The notes: generated by a model from the sequence alone, not told the origin. Shown: positions 31,766 through 44,060, counted from the first letter of the stretch. The stretch: 64,000 nucleotides of DNA from Limnothrix sp. BL-A-16 (GCA_041937175.2 CP166615.1:1184001-1248000), one strand, 5' to 3'. Numbers and translations are program-made.

Positions 31766-33540
31766 TAAGTCACCTGATCGCCGGTTTGCAATCGCCACAG
31801 TTCCGCATAGATTCCGTTGCGATCGAGCAGGTCTGCATGGCGGCCCGATTCCACCAATTGCCCCTGATCCATCACATAGATACAGTCCGCATTGCGGATG
31901 GTTGAGAGGCGGTGGGCGATCGCGATCGTGGTGCGATTTTGGGTGATTTTATCGAGCGATCGTTGAATCGCCGCTTCGGTTTCGTTGTCCACGGCCGAAG
32001 TCGCTTCGTCCAACACTAAAATGGGGGGATTTTTCAACACCGCCCGGGCGATCGCGATCCGCTGCCGCTGCCCGCCCGACAGCTTTTGACCCCGCTCACC
32101 GACAATGGTTTCGTAACCCTGGGGAAGTTGCTGAATGAAATCATCAGCTTCTGCAATTTTAGCCGCCGCTAGAATTTGATCTTGGCTGGCGTGAAATGTG
32201 CCATAGGCGATGTTTTCAGCCACAGTTCCATGGAACAGAAAAACATCTTGACTCACCAAACCAATGGCTCCGCGCAAACTTTCTAGGTCGATTTCACGGG
32301 TATCAATTCCATCGAGAAAAATAGCGCCATCGTTAATTTCATAAAGACGCAGCAGCAGCTTCACCAAGGTGCTTTTGCCAGAACCAGTGGCTCCCACAAT
32401 TGCAATTGTTTGACCAGCGGGGATCGTGAGAGAGAGATTTTGCACCACGGGCGATCGACCTCGATAGGCAAAGGTCACGCGATCGAGCACAATTTCGCCG
32501 CGAATTTCCGAAGGGGCAAAGGTTTTGGTTCCTGAATGGGCATCAATGGGTGTATCCAACAAATTAAAAATTCGCCGAATAGAAGCCATGGCTCGCTGAT
32601 AGTTATCCAGGGTTTGGCCCAAAGTAGTGAGGGGCCACAAAAGCCGCTGAATAATGAAAATCGAGGTGCTGTAAACCCCGATCGACATGCGCCCCGCCGC
32701 CGCTTCCAAACCGCCCACCACCAAAGTGGCCGTGAACCCACAAAGGATCACCATCCGAATCAAAGGCACAAAGGCAGCGCTATAGGCGATCGCCCTTCGG
32801 TTAGAACGACGGTAAGCATTGCTATCGATCATCACCCGATCGTGTTCATAGCGCTCCGCCGTAAAACTTTTGATGGTTAAAATGCCACCTAAATTATTCG
32901 CCAATCGGGCACTCAGCAAGCCCACGGTTTCTCGCATTTCGGAATAGCGAGGGGCCAAATTTTTCTGAAAGGCGATCGATCCCCACAAAATAAATGGCAT
33001 AGGCAACATCGACAGCCAGGCCACCTGAGGCGCAACCGCAAAAAAGCTACCCCCAATGATCAAAACTGTTGTGGTCACCTGCAAAACATCATTTGCACCC
33101 GTGTCTAGAAATCGCTCCAATTGATTGACATCATCATTCAAAATTGAGAGCAGTTCTCCGGTGCTGCGCTCTTCAAAATAAGCCAACTCCAAGGACTGCA
33201 AATGATCATAGACCTCCAGTCGCAAATCATGCTGAATAGACTGGGCTAGATTGCGCCAAACTCGCTTGTAGGCATATTCAAAAACAGACTCCAAAATCCA
33301 AATTAGCCAGGTTAAAACCGCCAGTACCAAGAATTGCTCGGTGATTCCCTGAAGCCCCCAGGAAGCCAACCAGGAATCCTGCCGCTGCACCAATGTGTCA
33401 ACGGCTAAGCCTAGTAAAGCTGGCGGAGCCAGGTCAAAAACTTTATTCAGAACCGAATAGGCTGTCGCTTGCCAAAGCTGACTGCGATATTGCGGCAAGT
33501 AAAGAAATAAACGACGAAGGGGATGCAAAACCTGAGTCAT
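31765..33540 (-). CDS. ABC exporter, fused TMD-NBD
   Basis: GATGSGKST, LSGGQRQR, LDEATSAVD, AHRLST. Confidence 0.93.
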   Translation of the reverse strand: MTQVLHPLRRLFLYLPQYRSQLWQATAYSVLNKVFDLAPPALLGLAVDTLVQRQDSWLASWGLQGITEQFLVLAVLTWLIWILESVFEYAYKRVWRNLAQSIQHDLRLEVYDHLQSLELAYFEERSTGELLSILNDDVNQLERFLDTGANDVLQVTTTVLIIGGSFFAVAPQVAWLSMLPMPFILWGSIAFQKNLAPRYSEMRETVGLLSARLANNLGGILTIKSFTAERYEHDRVMIDSNAYRRSNRRAIAYSAAFVPLIRMVILCGFTATLVVGGLEAAAGRMSIGVYSTSIFIIQRLLWPLTTLGQTLDNYQRAMASIRRIFNLLDTPIDAHSGTKTFAPSEIRGEIVLDRVTFAYRGRSPVVQNLSLTIPAGQTIAIVGATGSGKSTLVKLLLRLYEINDGAIFLDGIDTREIDLESLRGAIGLVSQDVFLFHGTVAENIAYGTFHASQDQILAAAKIAEADDFIQQLPQGYETIVGERGQKLSGGQRQRIAIARAVLKNPPILVLDEATSAVDNETEAAIQRSLDKITQNRTTIAIAHRLSTIRNADCIYVMDQGQLVESGRHADLLDRNGIYAELWRLQTGDQVT

Positions 33541-33570
33541 GGGAATAGGCAACGTAAAAACAGGAATTAA

Positions 33571-34980
33571 TTAGCTCATCTTTTTTTCAGAGCGCGATCG
33601 AGAACTCCAAACTTCCGCAATGATGATAATTGCAGAAGCCATGAGGGTGCTGCCAAATAACCCTAGGGCCAAAACCTTGACTTTGCCACCAGAAGATGGC
33701 TTACGAGGCACAGTCGCTGGCTCTAGAATTCTGGTGCTGTTGTTGCGCTGTTCTTCCTTGACCAGGAGCGTTTGCAAATTGGAAAGTAGGGTTTCATAGG
33801 TTCCCTGGGCGGCCTTTAGCTTGCGTTCCAGATAGCGTTGTTCTTGTTCAATTTTGGGCAAGCTGCGGCTCCGTCGGAGATACATGGATCGACTGTCTTC
33901 AAAGGACTTGAGTTTATTGACCGCGCTCACTCGCTCCGTTTCAGAGTTGAGGTATTGCTGAATTAAACTCACCCGCAATTCCCCAGCCTGTAAGAAACTG
34001 GGCGGAACCACTTGCCGATCGCCCAAAGTTTCTTGAATTCGCTTTTGCAAAATGTCTTGTAACTGTCGCTCCCGTTCCATTAACCGGGAAACCGTGGGGC
34101 TGCTGTCTGTAAAGCGCGATCGCTGCTCTGCGAGTTCTTTTTGGGTGTCTTGCAAATCTACCAAAACTTTCTGAACACTGGGGGACTGGCTCACGGCCGC
34201 CACCACCACAGCTTCCTGGGGAGAAAGATTGAGTTGACGGCGCAAGACTGTGGCTTTGGCAGCCGCTTCCATTGCTGCGGCTTCCGTGTTGGTAATTTGC
34301 TCGTCGAGCAACCGCAGAGCCAGCACCGAAGTTCGCGCTTCCTCTTCTAAATTAATCACCTGATTTTGTTCTTTAAATCGCTGAAGTCTCAGTTCCAAAT
34401 TTCGCAGTTGCTTTTCCACCTGTGGCAACTCACGGGACAGAAAAATGCGAGCTTGAACGGTGTCTTCTCGGGCGATCGCCACGTTGTTATTGCGATAGAC
34501 CTCAATCACGGAATTCACAACGGCCGCCGCCAACTCTGGAGACTCATTGACATAGGTAATGCTGACCACATCCGTTGCGCCAATGATCTTGACTTCCAGC
34601 GCTGTCTTCAGCTCCCCTGGCCCTAAGGGTTCGCCTTTTTTATCTCGCAAGTCCAGCTTCTTGATGGTGCGCTCTAGTAATGGTTCCGAGAGCAAAATTT
34701 CCATCTGATTACTGATGGGACTCTGGTCAACCAACAGCGATCGCAGCGGATTATCCGACTCATCCCGTGCAAGACCCGTCAACTCTTGAGTGGAGTCAAT
34801 TCTGAAGAGAATCTTGGCTCCAGCCTCATACACAGGCTTCACGCGCCGGGCCGCCAAAACAGAACCACCCATGCCCAAAATAAAAACACAAGCAGCCGGT
34901 AGCCAGGCCCGTTGACAAGCCTTAAGGATAAGCCCTAGGGGATTGAAGTCGATCGCCTCGCGGGATGTCTGGGACTGCAT
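33571..34980 (-). CDS. Polysaccharide co-polymerase (GumC/Wzc N-terminal-type) without kinase domain
   Basis: TM1 + PVYEA, long coiled coil, RILEPATVP + TM2, then a short tail. Confidence 0.82.
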   Translation of the reverse strand: MQSQTSREAIDFNPLGLILKACQRAWLPAACVFILGMGGSVLAARRVKPVYEAGAKILFRIDSTQELTGLARDESDNPLRSLLVDQSPISNQMEILLSEPLLERTIKKLDLRDKKGEPLGPGELKTALEVKIIGATDVVSITYVNESPELAAAVVNSVIEVYRNNNVAIAREDTVQARIFLSRELPQVEKQLRNLELRLQRFKEQNQVINLEEEARTSVLALRLLDEQITNTEAAAMEAAAKATVLRRQLNLSPQEAVVVAAVSQSPSVQKVLVDLQDTQKELAEQRSRFTDSSPTVSRLMERERQLQDILQKRIQETLGDRQVVPPSFLQAGELRVSLIQQYLNSETERVSAVNKLKSFEDSRSMYLRRSRSLPKIEQEQRYLERKLKAAQGTYETLLSNLQTLLVKEEQRNNSTRILEPATVPRKPSSGGKVKVLALGLFGSTLMASAIIIIAEVWSSRSRSEKKMS

Positions 34981-35029
34981 AGGGTTCAGGTAATGAAATC
35001 GAAGGCCGAGGGCTAGGCAGTTTATTGAA

Positions 35030-36319
35030 TTACTGAAAATTGGGAGCGCTGGGGGCCAACAGGCGACGCAGGTTCGAGAGATTATCCACAGGCGACAGCA
35101 ACACCCGTAGGAAGTCCGTAATTCGGGTTACGCCATTGGTGTTAATCACCACGATGTCGTTGTTCAGCAACAGGGGATTGGTTTCCTCATTCAGGCCGGC
35201 TTGCAGGTCAAGGGAGATGCGGCGGGCGGTGGCTGACCCATCGGGATTAATCCGAATCAGGTCAACTTGGCTGGAGATGGCGCGGGGGCGCAGGAATCCG
35301 CCGGCCGCCAAGACGGCCTGATTGAGGGTGGCGTTGGGTGGCAGCTTAATGAGGCCGGGGGCTTTCACTTCGCCAACCACGTTCACCCCGATCGTTTCGG
35401 GGGCAAAGCTAGCCCGGGCCACGCGCGAAACCTCCTCAGAAGAAAAGGTGCTGGCCTTTGGAATCATCAGCATGTCTCCATCCCGCAGCAGGATATTTTG
35501 GCTGAGGTCGCCACTTTCCAGCAGTTGCCAAAGGTTAAGGGTTTGGTCTTGGGGATTGCCGCCCGGATCTGAGCGCCGGAGGCGGATGTTGCGAATATCG
35601 GCGAGGGGGGTGATGCCGCCGGCCGCCACGATCGCCCGGGTCACGTCTGGCCATTGAAGGGGTAACTGATTGGGCACCACGTCCCGATTGCTGACCTCGA
35701 TCGCGTAGGAACCGGGTCGATTCACTTCCCCAGAAACACCAATCCGAACCGGGCGGGGCGTTAAAACATTGACGGTGATGATTGGGGTCTTTACGAAGGG
35801 GCGATAGGCCTGGCTGAGGGCACTGGCCAATTGCTGAGGAGTTAAGCCTCGGGCCCGCACAGAACCAATCCAGGGCACGGAAATCGTGCCATCAACCAGC
35901 ACCAGATAGATACGGTTGCTGAATTCGGGCACATCAAAAATTTCCACCTGTAGCCGATCGCCCGTATCCAGTTGATACCCATCGATCGGGGGTTGCAGCG
36001 TCGGATCAAGCATGGAACCCGCCGAGGTGGACGCGGGAGCCAGAAGCAACCGAGGCAAAGGCTGAAGGGTTGCAGAATTCGGCGCGGAGTCTGGCGTGGA
36101 ATTGCTGGAGGTGGAGTTAGCCGATGGATTGAGGGTGGGATCGGGTGCTGCAACGCTGGAGGGGCTGTCGGGCGCACTGAGGGCCGGTTCATCAAAAGGG
36201 TCGAGGGGTTGGGCCGCCACGGGTTGGGCGATCGATCCCCAACAGCAACCACCCAAAATGCTAACAAGCAGTGCAGTTATTCGACTCGACGGCCGAGGGC
36301 TTTGAAGCAGGGCTGACAT
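35030..36319 (-). CDS. wza: Polysaccharide export protein Wza-like with SLBB domains
   Basis: YQLDTGDRL...DGTISVPWIG...GEVNRPG...AAGGI...LRDGD...GEVKAPG. Confidence 0.88.
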   Translation of the reverse strand: MSALLQSPRPSSRITALLVSILGGCCWGSIAQPVAAQPLDPFDEPALSAPDSPSSVAAPDPTLNPSANSTSSNSTPDSAPNSATLQPLPRLLLAPASTSAGSMLDPTLQPPIDGYQLDTGDRLQVEIFDVPEFSNRIYLVLVDGTISVPWIGSVRARGLTPQQLASALSQAYRPFVKTPIITVNVLTPRPVRIGVSGEVNRPGSYAIEVSNRDVVPNQLPLQWPDVTRAIVAAGGITPLADIRNIRLRRSDPGGNPQDQTLNLWQLLESGDLSQNILLRDGDMLMIPKASTFSSEEVSRVARASFAPETIGVNVVGEVKAPGLIKLPPNATLNQAVLAAGGFLRPRAISSQVDLIRINPDGSATARRISLDLQAGLNEETNPLLLNNDIVVINTNGVTRITDFLRVLLSPVDNLSNLRRLLAPSAPNFQ

Positions 36320-37058
36320 AGACAGCAGAGGATTGAGCAAATGCGCGGGCAAGGGTTTAAGTGACCATGGAACGGTAACTGCGCTGCAATGCACCCGATT
36401 CTTGAATAGGTTGGGTAGGTTGGGTCAATGGAGCGATCGCACTTGTTGAGGGGTTTGGGTGGGTGGCCTGCACCCCAATCCCAGTCATGATCGGGAATTG
36501 GGGCATTTTGAGGAATTTCCCAAGATTTTGCCCAAGCAGTGATCGTTTCCAGGGAATCAACTACCATCGCGACCATCATAATCTGACCGATAGCGAGGAT
36601 GGTGCTCAGGTTAACTCATCCATTACTCACCCTGGGGATCGGCTGAAAGGGAATTTGCCCATCGCAGAATCCGGGTATTCTTCACGAGTCGATCGGGATC
36701 GACCGCAATCAATCCCCAAAAATCCAAGGGTTGCAGGGTTGCGGCAAGGGAAGCCGAGGGGGATTTGCGATCGGGATCCTTCGGCAACGGCTCGATCGAT
36801 AGCGGGCCAGATGCCCCTTTAGATTGCACCAGTGATGGTCAAGATTTGGTAGCAATTTTCACGAGATTCCCCGTAATCTTGCAGGGTTTACCCAAAATCG
36901 ATCTTCCATCAAATTTTCTGCTCGTAATTGGCTACATTCTCAGCCTTTCTGTATTTTTCTATCAATTTCTGATCCTGCTAACCCTGTTTTGATTCAGTCA
37001 ATTCTCGGTCAATCTTTCGCCAAACACTGGGGCAGATGCTTGGGTCAATACTTAAACA

Positions 37059-37091
37059 AATACCCAGCAAATACCCAGCAAATACCCCAAC
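37059..37091. repeat. 11-bp tandem repeat AATACCCAGCA x~3
   Basis: Read directly. Confidence 0.7.
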
Positions 37092-37270
37092 AAACACCAT
37101 TGAGTGAACCCCACAGAAACCCCACAGAGCAGCCTTTTCGAGACACCCTCCTTGAGAATGTACCCATGGTGCTTCCCTGACCTAACGGCGATCGAGGAAA
37201 TCGATTAACACCGATTAACACCGATCACAGAACCGATCGCCCCGATCGCGACCAAACCCAAACAGCTTTA

Positions 37271-37402
37271 GAAGATGTCTCGGTGATCTCTTGAGACACT
37301 CACCAATCACCACTCAATCTTGAAGGCAAGCGGCTTCAGCTCCCTGTTCTCGTCGATTGGTGCGCCCAATTAGGCATCCGTTTTGGCATTTCAAACCCCC
37401 TC
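37271..37402 (-). mobile_element. Degenerate MITE family 1 copy (132 bp)
   Basis: TTA|GAAGATGTCT...TTTTGGCATTTCAAACCCCCTC with decayed central palindrome CAAGCGGCTTCAGCTCCCTG. Confidence 0.55.
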
Positions 37403-37535
37403 TCGGGTTGAGCAAACTGGGAAAAGAGTCTTGAAAAAAAGCCAAGAACCGTCACCCCTTGCCTGAATCCGGTTTAGGGTCGTGAGAGATTGATCCGCGT
37501 TGGGATTGATTCCCTCACCCCTTGGGTCAAAATAA

Positions 37536-38624
<1,089 letters not shown>

Positions 38625-38649
38625 TGATTGGCTAATTCATTAACGCAGC

Positions 38650-38675
38650 AGACAAGGGGCTTAAGCCCCTTGTCT
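38650..38675. repeat. Solo palindrome AGACAAGGGGCTTAAGCCCCTTGTCT downstream of gap1
   Basis: Perfect 26-bp palindrome. Confidence 0.9.
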
Positions 38676-38784
38676 CCATGATTTTGTAGCGGCAGGACGG
38701 CTAATTTAACCGACCCTTGAAACCTGCCATCCTGCCCAGAACTTGCATCCCAAAACACTCTGAAGGCACTGTGGAGGAACAGCA

Positions 38785-39393
38785 ATGGAAAAACCCTACA
38801 GCACCCACGAGTTATTACAAATTTTGGCCGAAGAACAGCGGGCCTGTATGCAGGGTCAACGCTTACATTTGACGGCAAAAGTATCAGGAATTGCGCCGCT
38901 CGATCGCCTGATTGACCCCAAAGGGATCCAAAAATTTACGGCTTATCAAAACTTTCGGGCCCAAATTCATGCCTACCAGCGTGAGCAGGGGGTGTCGGGC
39001 TTGGTGTGGCGATCGATCGCCCTGGGCCCCCATCGGCTGAACTATCCCGAATTACATGATCAGTTAATTGCGCTGCCGGAGGATATCCACACCCTCCAGC
39101 GCTTTAAGGATGATGCGATTGAATTTTGGCGATCGGTCACGCGGGGGTTCGATCGCCACCTGAGCGTGGCCGGGGGGCGGGACTTTTGCACCCTCACCCC
39201 CAATGATGAGCAGCGTTTGATCGATCGCGCTGAATGGGTCAGTTTGGATCCGCGTGGCCAAGCCTTGCCCTGCGAGGTGGTGTTGCAGTTGGGTTGGGGC
39301 GATCCGGCCGGCGCACGCTACCGACGCGACTGGCCCCAATCGGGCAGCGAGTTGGTTCATGCCGTGCCGCCCGGGGGGTGTCCCATGCCCTAG
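38785..39393 (+). CDS. Hypothetical protein
   Basis: 202-aa ORF with GGAGG RBS and protein-like composition. Confidence 0.7.
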   Translation: MEKPYSTHELLQILAEEQRACMQGQRLHLTAKVSGIAPLDRLIDPKGIQKFTAYQNFRAQIHAYQREQGVSGLVWRSIALGPHRLNYPELHDQLIALPEDIHTLQRFKDDAIEFWRSVTRGFDRHLSVAGGRDFCTLTPNDEQRLIDRAEWVSLDPRGQALPCEVVLQLGWGDPAGARYRRDWPQSGSELVHAVPPGGCPMP

Positions 39394-39674
39394 CCGCCGG
39401 CCGCAAAAATGCCCATCACAATGGCCGACAGCAGCAGCCCGGGACTCAGCAGCAATACCAATGTGCCTAGATCATGCCAATTCATAGTTTTAATCCTCGT
39501 TTCAGTCCTCGATCGCGACGATCCTTCAACACAACCCTTCAAAAACCGAACCATTCCAGAATGGCTTGAAAGTCTTTGGGGCTTTGGAAGTTTTTGGGGC
39601 CAAACCGTGGCCTGCTCCCGATCGTAGCGGCTCTTTTTGATCCCGTCCCGGAAGATCAGCTTTGACTTCAGGTT

Positions 39675-42332
39675 TCACAGCCAATTGCCCACCAGGATAT
39701 AGGGGGCCCAAAAGAAGGGATGACGAAAGTTGGGGTTTTTGAGCAAGGCAAGCTGGGCCTGGCGCAGGGATTCAGATTTGGTGGCTCCGGTGCGCAGGCT
39801 TTGGTAAAAGTCTCCCATCAGCAAAGCGGTGGATTCGTCGCTGACCTGCCAGAGCGTTCCCAACACGCTGCGAGTGCCGGCCTGAATGGCGATGCCCGTG
39901 AGGCCCAGGGTGGCGCGATCGTCCCCTCGGGCTGTTTCGCAAGCACTCAACACCAACAGTTCGATCGGGGGGCGGCTGACCGGTCGGCGCAACAGTTGGT
40001 CAAAATCCGCCAGATCAATGCGGCGATCCCAAGCCAGCAGAAAGGTGCGATCGGCTCGGGAACTGAACTGGGCATGGGTGGCCACATGGACGATCGGGGC
40101 ATTGTTTCGCTGCAAAGCTTGGCGCAGGGCCTGCTCCGTCAGGGCCTGGTCGCGCAGGACGGCCGCCGGTAACTCCTGGGCCAAAATATCCAGCTCATCG
40201 GCCACAAAGGGCAAGGCTCCCAATTTTTCCGCCTGGAAACTGGGGGCCACTTCCGAAACCCCCGCCGCCAAGACGTTGAGCGATCGCGGGTTCAGGGCTT
40301 TGGGGGCAAAAAGCTGCAAGCCCAAGGCCCTGGCGGTGTTGTAGCGCTCCAAGAGATATTGCTCTCCGTCATGGAGGGCGGCGATCGGGATATTGGCCAA
40401 GGGCCCATCCAGCACAAACACCAGGGTTTTGACTCCCGATTGGGCTAATTCTGAGGCAATCGGAGCCACTAACCAGTCATAAACCTGCTTAGACAGGCGC
40501 AAGCGCTCCCGATTGGGAATGGTTGGGTCTTGGACGGCCTGTTGCACCCGTTGCAGGGTTTGGAGAACGGTGGCTCGGGGCACGGGAACCACGGCGTAGC
40601 GCAACGGTTGGCCGGGTAATTTGGTGAGGGTGGCCACGCGATCGCTTAAAACAATCGCCTCCACGGCGGCCGTGTCCGATCGCCCGTCAATGGCCCGATC
40701 GAGCGGTTCCGGTTTGGCATCCAAACAAGCTTGGCGAAAGAAGTTTTCCAATTCCACCAACTGCAAAGCCTCGATCGCCGATCGGGCCGCTTGCAAGTCT
40801 TCCTGGCTGGGGTTGCCGCGCAACAACTGATCCACAAACTCCCGATAAACCGGCTCCACCCGATCGCGGAAGGAAAACTGCACCACGGAATCCATCCCAG
40901 CCAGATCATTGCGCAATTGCCCGATCGCTTGGGTGGCCAGGCGATAGGCCGCTAGAGAACCGGCGCGATCGCCCCCTTGGGCCCGCAACTGCCCGAGGGA
41001 ACGAGCCGTGCGATAGGTCACCTCCGGAGCCGCCAACCCTTCCACCAGCGCCAAGGATTGCTCCAGCCAACGCGCCGCCAGGGCGGTTTCCCCCCGTTGC
41101 CGATAGGTTTCGCCCAACTGCCCCCAAACCGCCGCCGTCAAACGGTGATCGCCCAGGGCTTGGGCCGATTGGGCCGCCTGTTGCAATCCTGCTAAGGCCA
41201 AGGCCGGTTCATTCACGGTTGACCACCAGCGGGCCAGGCGCATTTGGGCCGCAATCCGATCGCGCCCGATCGGGAGTTGTGCCACCTGGTTCGCCAAATC
41301 TTGCAGTTGTGCCTTGCTGACGGTTTCTCCGGGCGGGTTGCCCGTTTCCAAACCCAGAAACACCATCTCCCAACGTTCCAACTGGCCCCACAGTCGATCG
41401 CGATCGCTTCCGGCCGCGGCCGCCGCCACCCTTGCTTGATCGAAGGCCGCCATGGCCTGTTGTCGGAGGGCCATCCATTGGGGATCATTGCGGTCTAACC
41501 CTTGGCGAGCCAACAGGGCCCGAGTGCGCGCCAGGGCCAATGCTGCGGTGCTGCGATCGGCCAGGGTTCCCGACTGTTCCAACACCGTTGCCGCTTGACT
41601 CAACCAAGTTTCCGCTCGGGTCAACTGCCCCAGCGATCGCAAGGCTTCCCCAGCCGACAGCAGGCCCAACCCTTGCAGGCGTGTGGGGTCACGGGGGGCC
41701 TCCGGGGCAGTGCCAATTTGCCCTTCAATCACCATCAGGGCACGCCCGTAGAGTCCCAAGGCTTGCAGGGCCTGGGCCCGATTCAGGCTGGTTCCCAATT
41801 GCCCATCCCGATCGCCCGCCGATCGATACAGGGATTCCGCTTGCTCCAAAAGTTGAATCGCCCGGGCCGCCTGCCCGGCCGTCAGCTCCAACCGGGCTTG
41901 CTGATTCAAGGCCGCCGCCCGCAACCGCACGGCTCCCTCACCGCGCAACGCTGCCAGCAGACCCAAACTCTGTTGCACCGCTTGCAGGGCTGCTGTTCGA
42001 TCGCCCAATTGCCCCCAGGCCAAGCTGATGCCATGCCAGGCGGCTCCTTGGGCCGTGCGATCATCCCGCTGGGCCGCCTGTTGGGCCGCCCGCTGCCAAT
42101 GGTCGATCGCCTCCGTAAACCGGCCCGCTTCGTAGGCTTGGCGTGCTTGTGCAAACTCCGGAGCGCCGGCCGGGGCGACCAGGGGGGCTGGGGTTTGTCC
42201 TTGGGCGATCGCGGGGAACGCAGCGAAGGAAACTGTTCCCAACACCAACCCACAACCCACCCAGCCCAACCATCGGGGCGATCGGCCCCATTGCCCCCAC
42301 GCCCGCTCGTTACCTTGCCCCATGCCCATCAA
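39675..42332 (-). CDS. TPR + CHAT (caspase-like) domain protein with signal peptide
   Basis: VHVATHAQF, LLVLSACETA, TLWQVSD, HPFFWAPYILVGNWL. Confidence 0.92.
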   Translation of the reverse strand: MMGMGQGNERAWGQWGRSPRWLGWVGCGLVLGTVSFAAFPAIAQGQTPAPLVAPAGAPEFAQARQAYEAGRFTEAIDHWQRAAQQAAQRDDRTAQGAAWHGISLAWGQLGDRTAALQAVQQSLGLLAALRGEGAVRLRAAALNQQARLELTAGQAARAIQLLEQAESLYRSAGDRDGQLGTSLNRAQALQALGLYGRALMVIEGQIGTAPEAPRDPTRLQGLGLLSAGEALRSLGQLTRAETWLSQAATVLEQSGTLADRSTAALALARTRALLARQGLDRNDPQWMALRQQAMAAFDQARVAAAAAGSDRDRLWGQLERWEMVFLGLETGNPPGETVSKAQLQDLANQVAQLPIGRDRIAAQMRLARWWSTVNEPALALAGLQQAAQSAQALGDHRLTAAVWGQLGETYRQRGETALAARWLEQSLALVEGLAAPEVTYRTARSLGQLRAQGGDRAGSLAAYRLATQAIGQLRNDLAGMDSVVQFSFRDRVEPVYREFVDQLLRGNPSQEDLQAARSAIEALQLVELENFFRQACLDAKPEPLDRAIDGRSDTAAVEAIVLSDRVATLTKLPGQPLRYAVVPVPRATVLQTLQRVQQAVQDPTIPNRERLRLSKQVYDWLVAPIASELAQSGVKTLVFVLDGPLANIPIAALHDGEQYLLERYNTARALGLQLFAPKALNPRSLNVLAAGVSEVAPSFQAEKLGALPFVADELDILAQELPAAVLRDQALTEQALRQALQRNNAPIVHVATHAQFSSRADRTFLLAWDRRIDLADFDQLLRRPVSRPPIELLVLSACETARGDDRATLGLTGIAIQAGTRSVLGTLWQVSDESTALLMGDFYQSLRTGATKSESLRQAQLALLKNPNFRHPFFWAPYILVGNWL

Positions 42333-42491
42333 TCACGCTCGCTGTTGTGGATCAATTTCCTTTCTCCACTATCACCGACCGATCCAAAATTTCCGGTCTC
42401 TTCTCCGGTCTTTTAACGGTGCTTTGAGCGTGATTTTGGTTGTTTTGACCGGTTTTTGACTGGTTTTTAACTGGTTTGATGGACAATCATG

Positions 42492-42773
42492 TCAGAACCG
42501 ATAGCGATGGTGCGCTTCGAGCCAACTCCGAAGTTCCCGCTCAGCCGGGCTAGAGAATCGATCGCCCGTGCGCGGATCCCAACCGTAAAAAATTTCCTCA
42601 CCGGTTGGCAGCGTCCGCGACCAAACTCGAATTTGATCGGGCGTGCTGAGCCGCATCACTGCTCGATGACCCCAATGGGCCAGCCGTTGCCCAAAATTGC
42701 CTAGGATGGTGTTTTCAGCACAGCAGTCCGCCAACCACCGCAGGGGCGATCGGGTTGCAGAGGTAAAGTGCAT
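42492..42773 (-). CDS. Small hypothetical protein divergent from LysR
   Basis: AGGAG RBS before ATG 42773; C-terminal WDPRTG...ELRSWLE. Confidence 0.65.
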   Translation of the reverse strand: MHFTSATRSPLRWLADCCAENTILGNFGQRLAHWGHRAVMRLSTPDQIRVWSRTLPTGEEIFYGWDPRTGDRFSSPAERELRSWLEAHHRYRF

Positions 42774-43094
42774 GACTCGGTTCTCCTGAAGAAACAAATC
42801 TCCTGGCCATCGTTGTGGAAGGCGGTAGCCAGGAGATTTGCTGTGCTTTCACCCTATCAAGGGTTGGCGGCTCGATCGACCGATGGCTTGCATGGGAGGT
42901 ATGAATGAAATCGATGGATGTCTTGGTTGATCCCCCAAAGTGCCGGTATAGCATGGAGAGCAATTCGGCTCCGGTTTCTGACGGCACTTTTCCCCATTAG
43001 CCGGATTTGGTCTGTCAAATTTAATCTGCTGAATTTGCTGAATCAGTTGCTGAATTTTTGATCGCTTTCCAGTCGATTCAACATCGACTCAGCC

Positions 43095-44060
43095 ATGGGC
43101 GAAATTGCTGCAAAACTCAAGTTGTCTCAACTACGAACCCTGGTGGCGATCGCCGATCGGGGAAATTTCAGCCAAGCCGCCCTGGATCTCGACATTTCCC
43201 AATCCGCTGTCAGCCACGCGATCGCCACCCTCGAAGACGAACTGGGGGCCATTTTGCTAAATCGCGGCCGCCACGGCGCAACCCTCACCGACACCGGGCG
43301 CGAAATTGCCGACAGCGCTCGCAAAATTTTGGAGCTGCTCAACGACATTGAGCGCCAGGCCAAAAACGCCCGCGGCCTCGATTCGGGCCATGTGCGCGTG
43401 GCCTGTTTTCGCAGCGTGGCCACCCACTTGTTGCCTAAGGCGATCGAGCACTTGCGCCGCCGCTACCCCGGCATCGCGATCTCCATTGATGAATACGACA
43501 CCAGCCAGGACATTGAAGAAGAACTCCGCACCGGCCGGGCAGATGTTGGTTTTGTGCTGTTGCCCGCGAGCGCTGAGTTTGAAACCTGGAACGTAATGAT
43601 GGATGAGTATTGGGCGATCGTCCCCAGTAGCGATCGGTACGCCACGGAGGTGATTGCCTGGGAAGATTTATTCTCTCGCCCGCTGATTTTGCCGCCCCGG
43701 CGATTTTTGTGTGCGCAAATTGTGCTCGATCGCTTTGCCAAGCTGGGCCTCAATGTGGAACCCAGCTACGAAGTCCGGGAAGATTCCACCATCCTGAGCA
43801 TGGTGGCCCAAGGATTGGGTGCAACAGTGATGGCCCGGCTGGCCGCAGAACCGATCCCCGCCCAGGTGCGGGCCTATCGGCTGCCCGTGCCCTTTCACCG
43901 ACATATCGGCCTGGCCATCTTGGCCAATGCGCTGCATTTGCCGCCCGTGTTTGCGGTGCGTGATGCATTGAAGGAAACGATCGCCCATTTAACGCTGCCG
44001 GGCCAACCCCGACCAGAACAGCCCTGGCCCAATCTCAAGCGATCGGGACGGTCTGCCTAA
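43095..44060 (+). CDS. LysR family transcriptional regulator
   Basis: GNFSQAALDLDISQSAVSHAIATLEDELG HTH plus substrate-binding domain. Confidence 0.95.
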   Translation: MGEIAAKLKLSQLRTLVAIADRGNFSQAALDLDISQSAVSHAIATLEDELGAILLNRGRHGATLTDTGREIADSARKILELLNDIERQAKNARGLDSGHVRVACFRSVATHLLPKAIEHLRRRYPGIAISIDEYDTSQDIEEELRTGRADVGFVLLPASAEFETWNVMMDEYWAIVPSSDRYATEVIAWEDLFSRPLILPPRRFLCAQIVLDRFAKLGLNVEPSYEVREDSTILSMVAQGLGATVMARLAAEPIPAQVRAYRLPVPFHRHIGLAILANALHLPPVFAVRDALKETIAHLTLPGQPRPEQPWPNLKRSGRSA

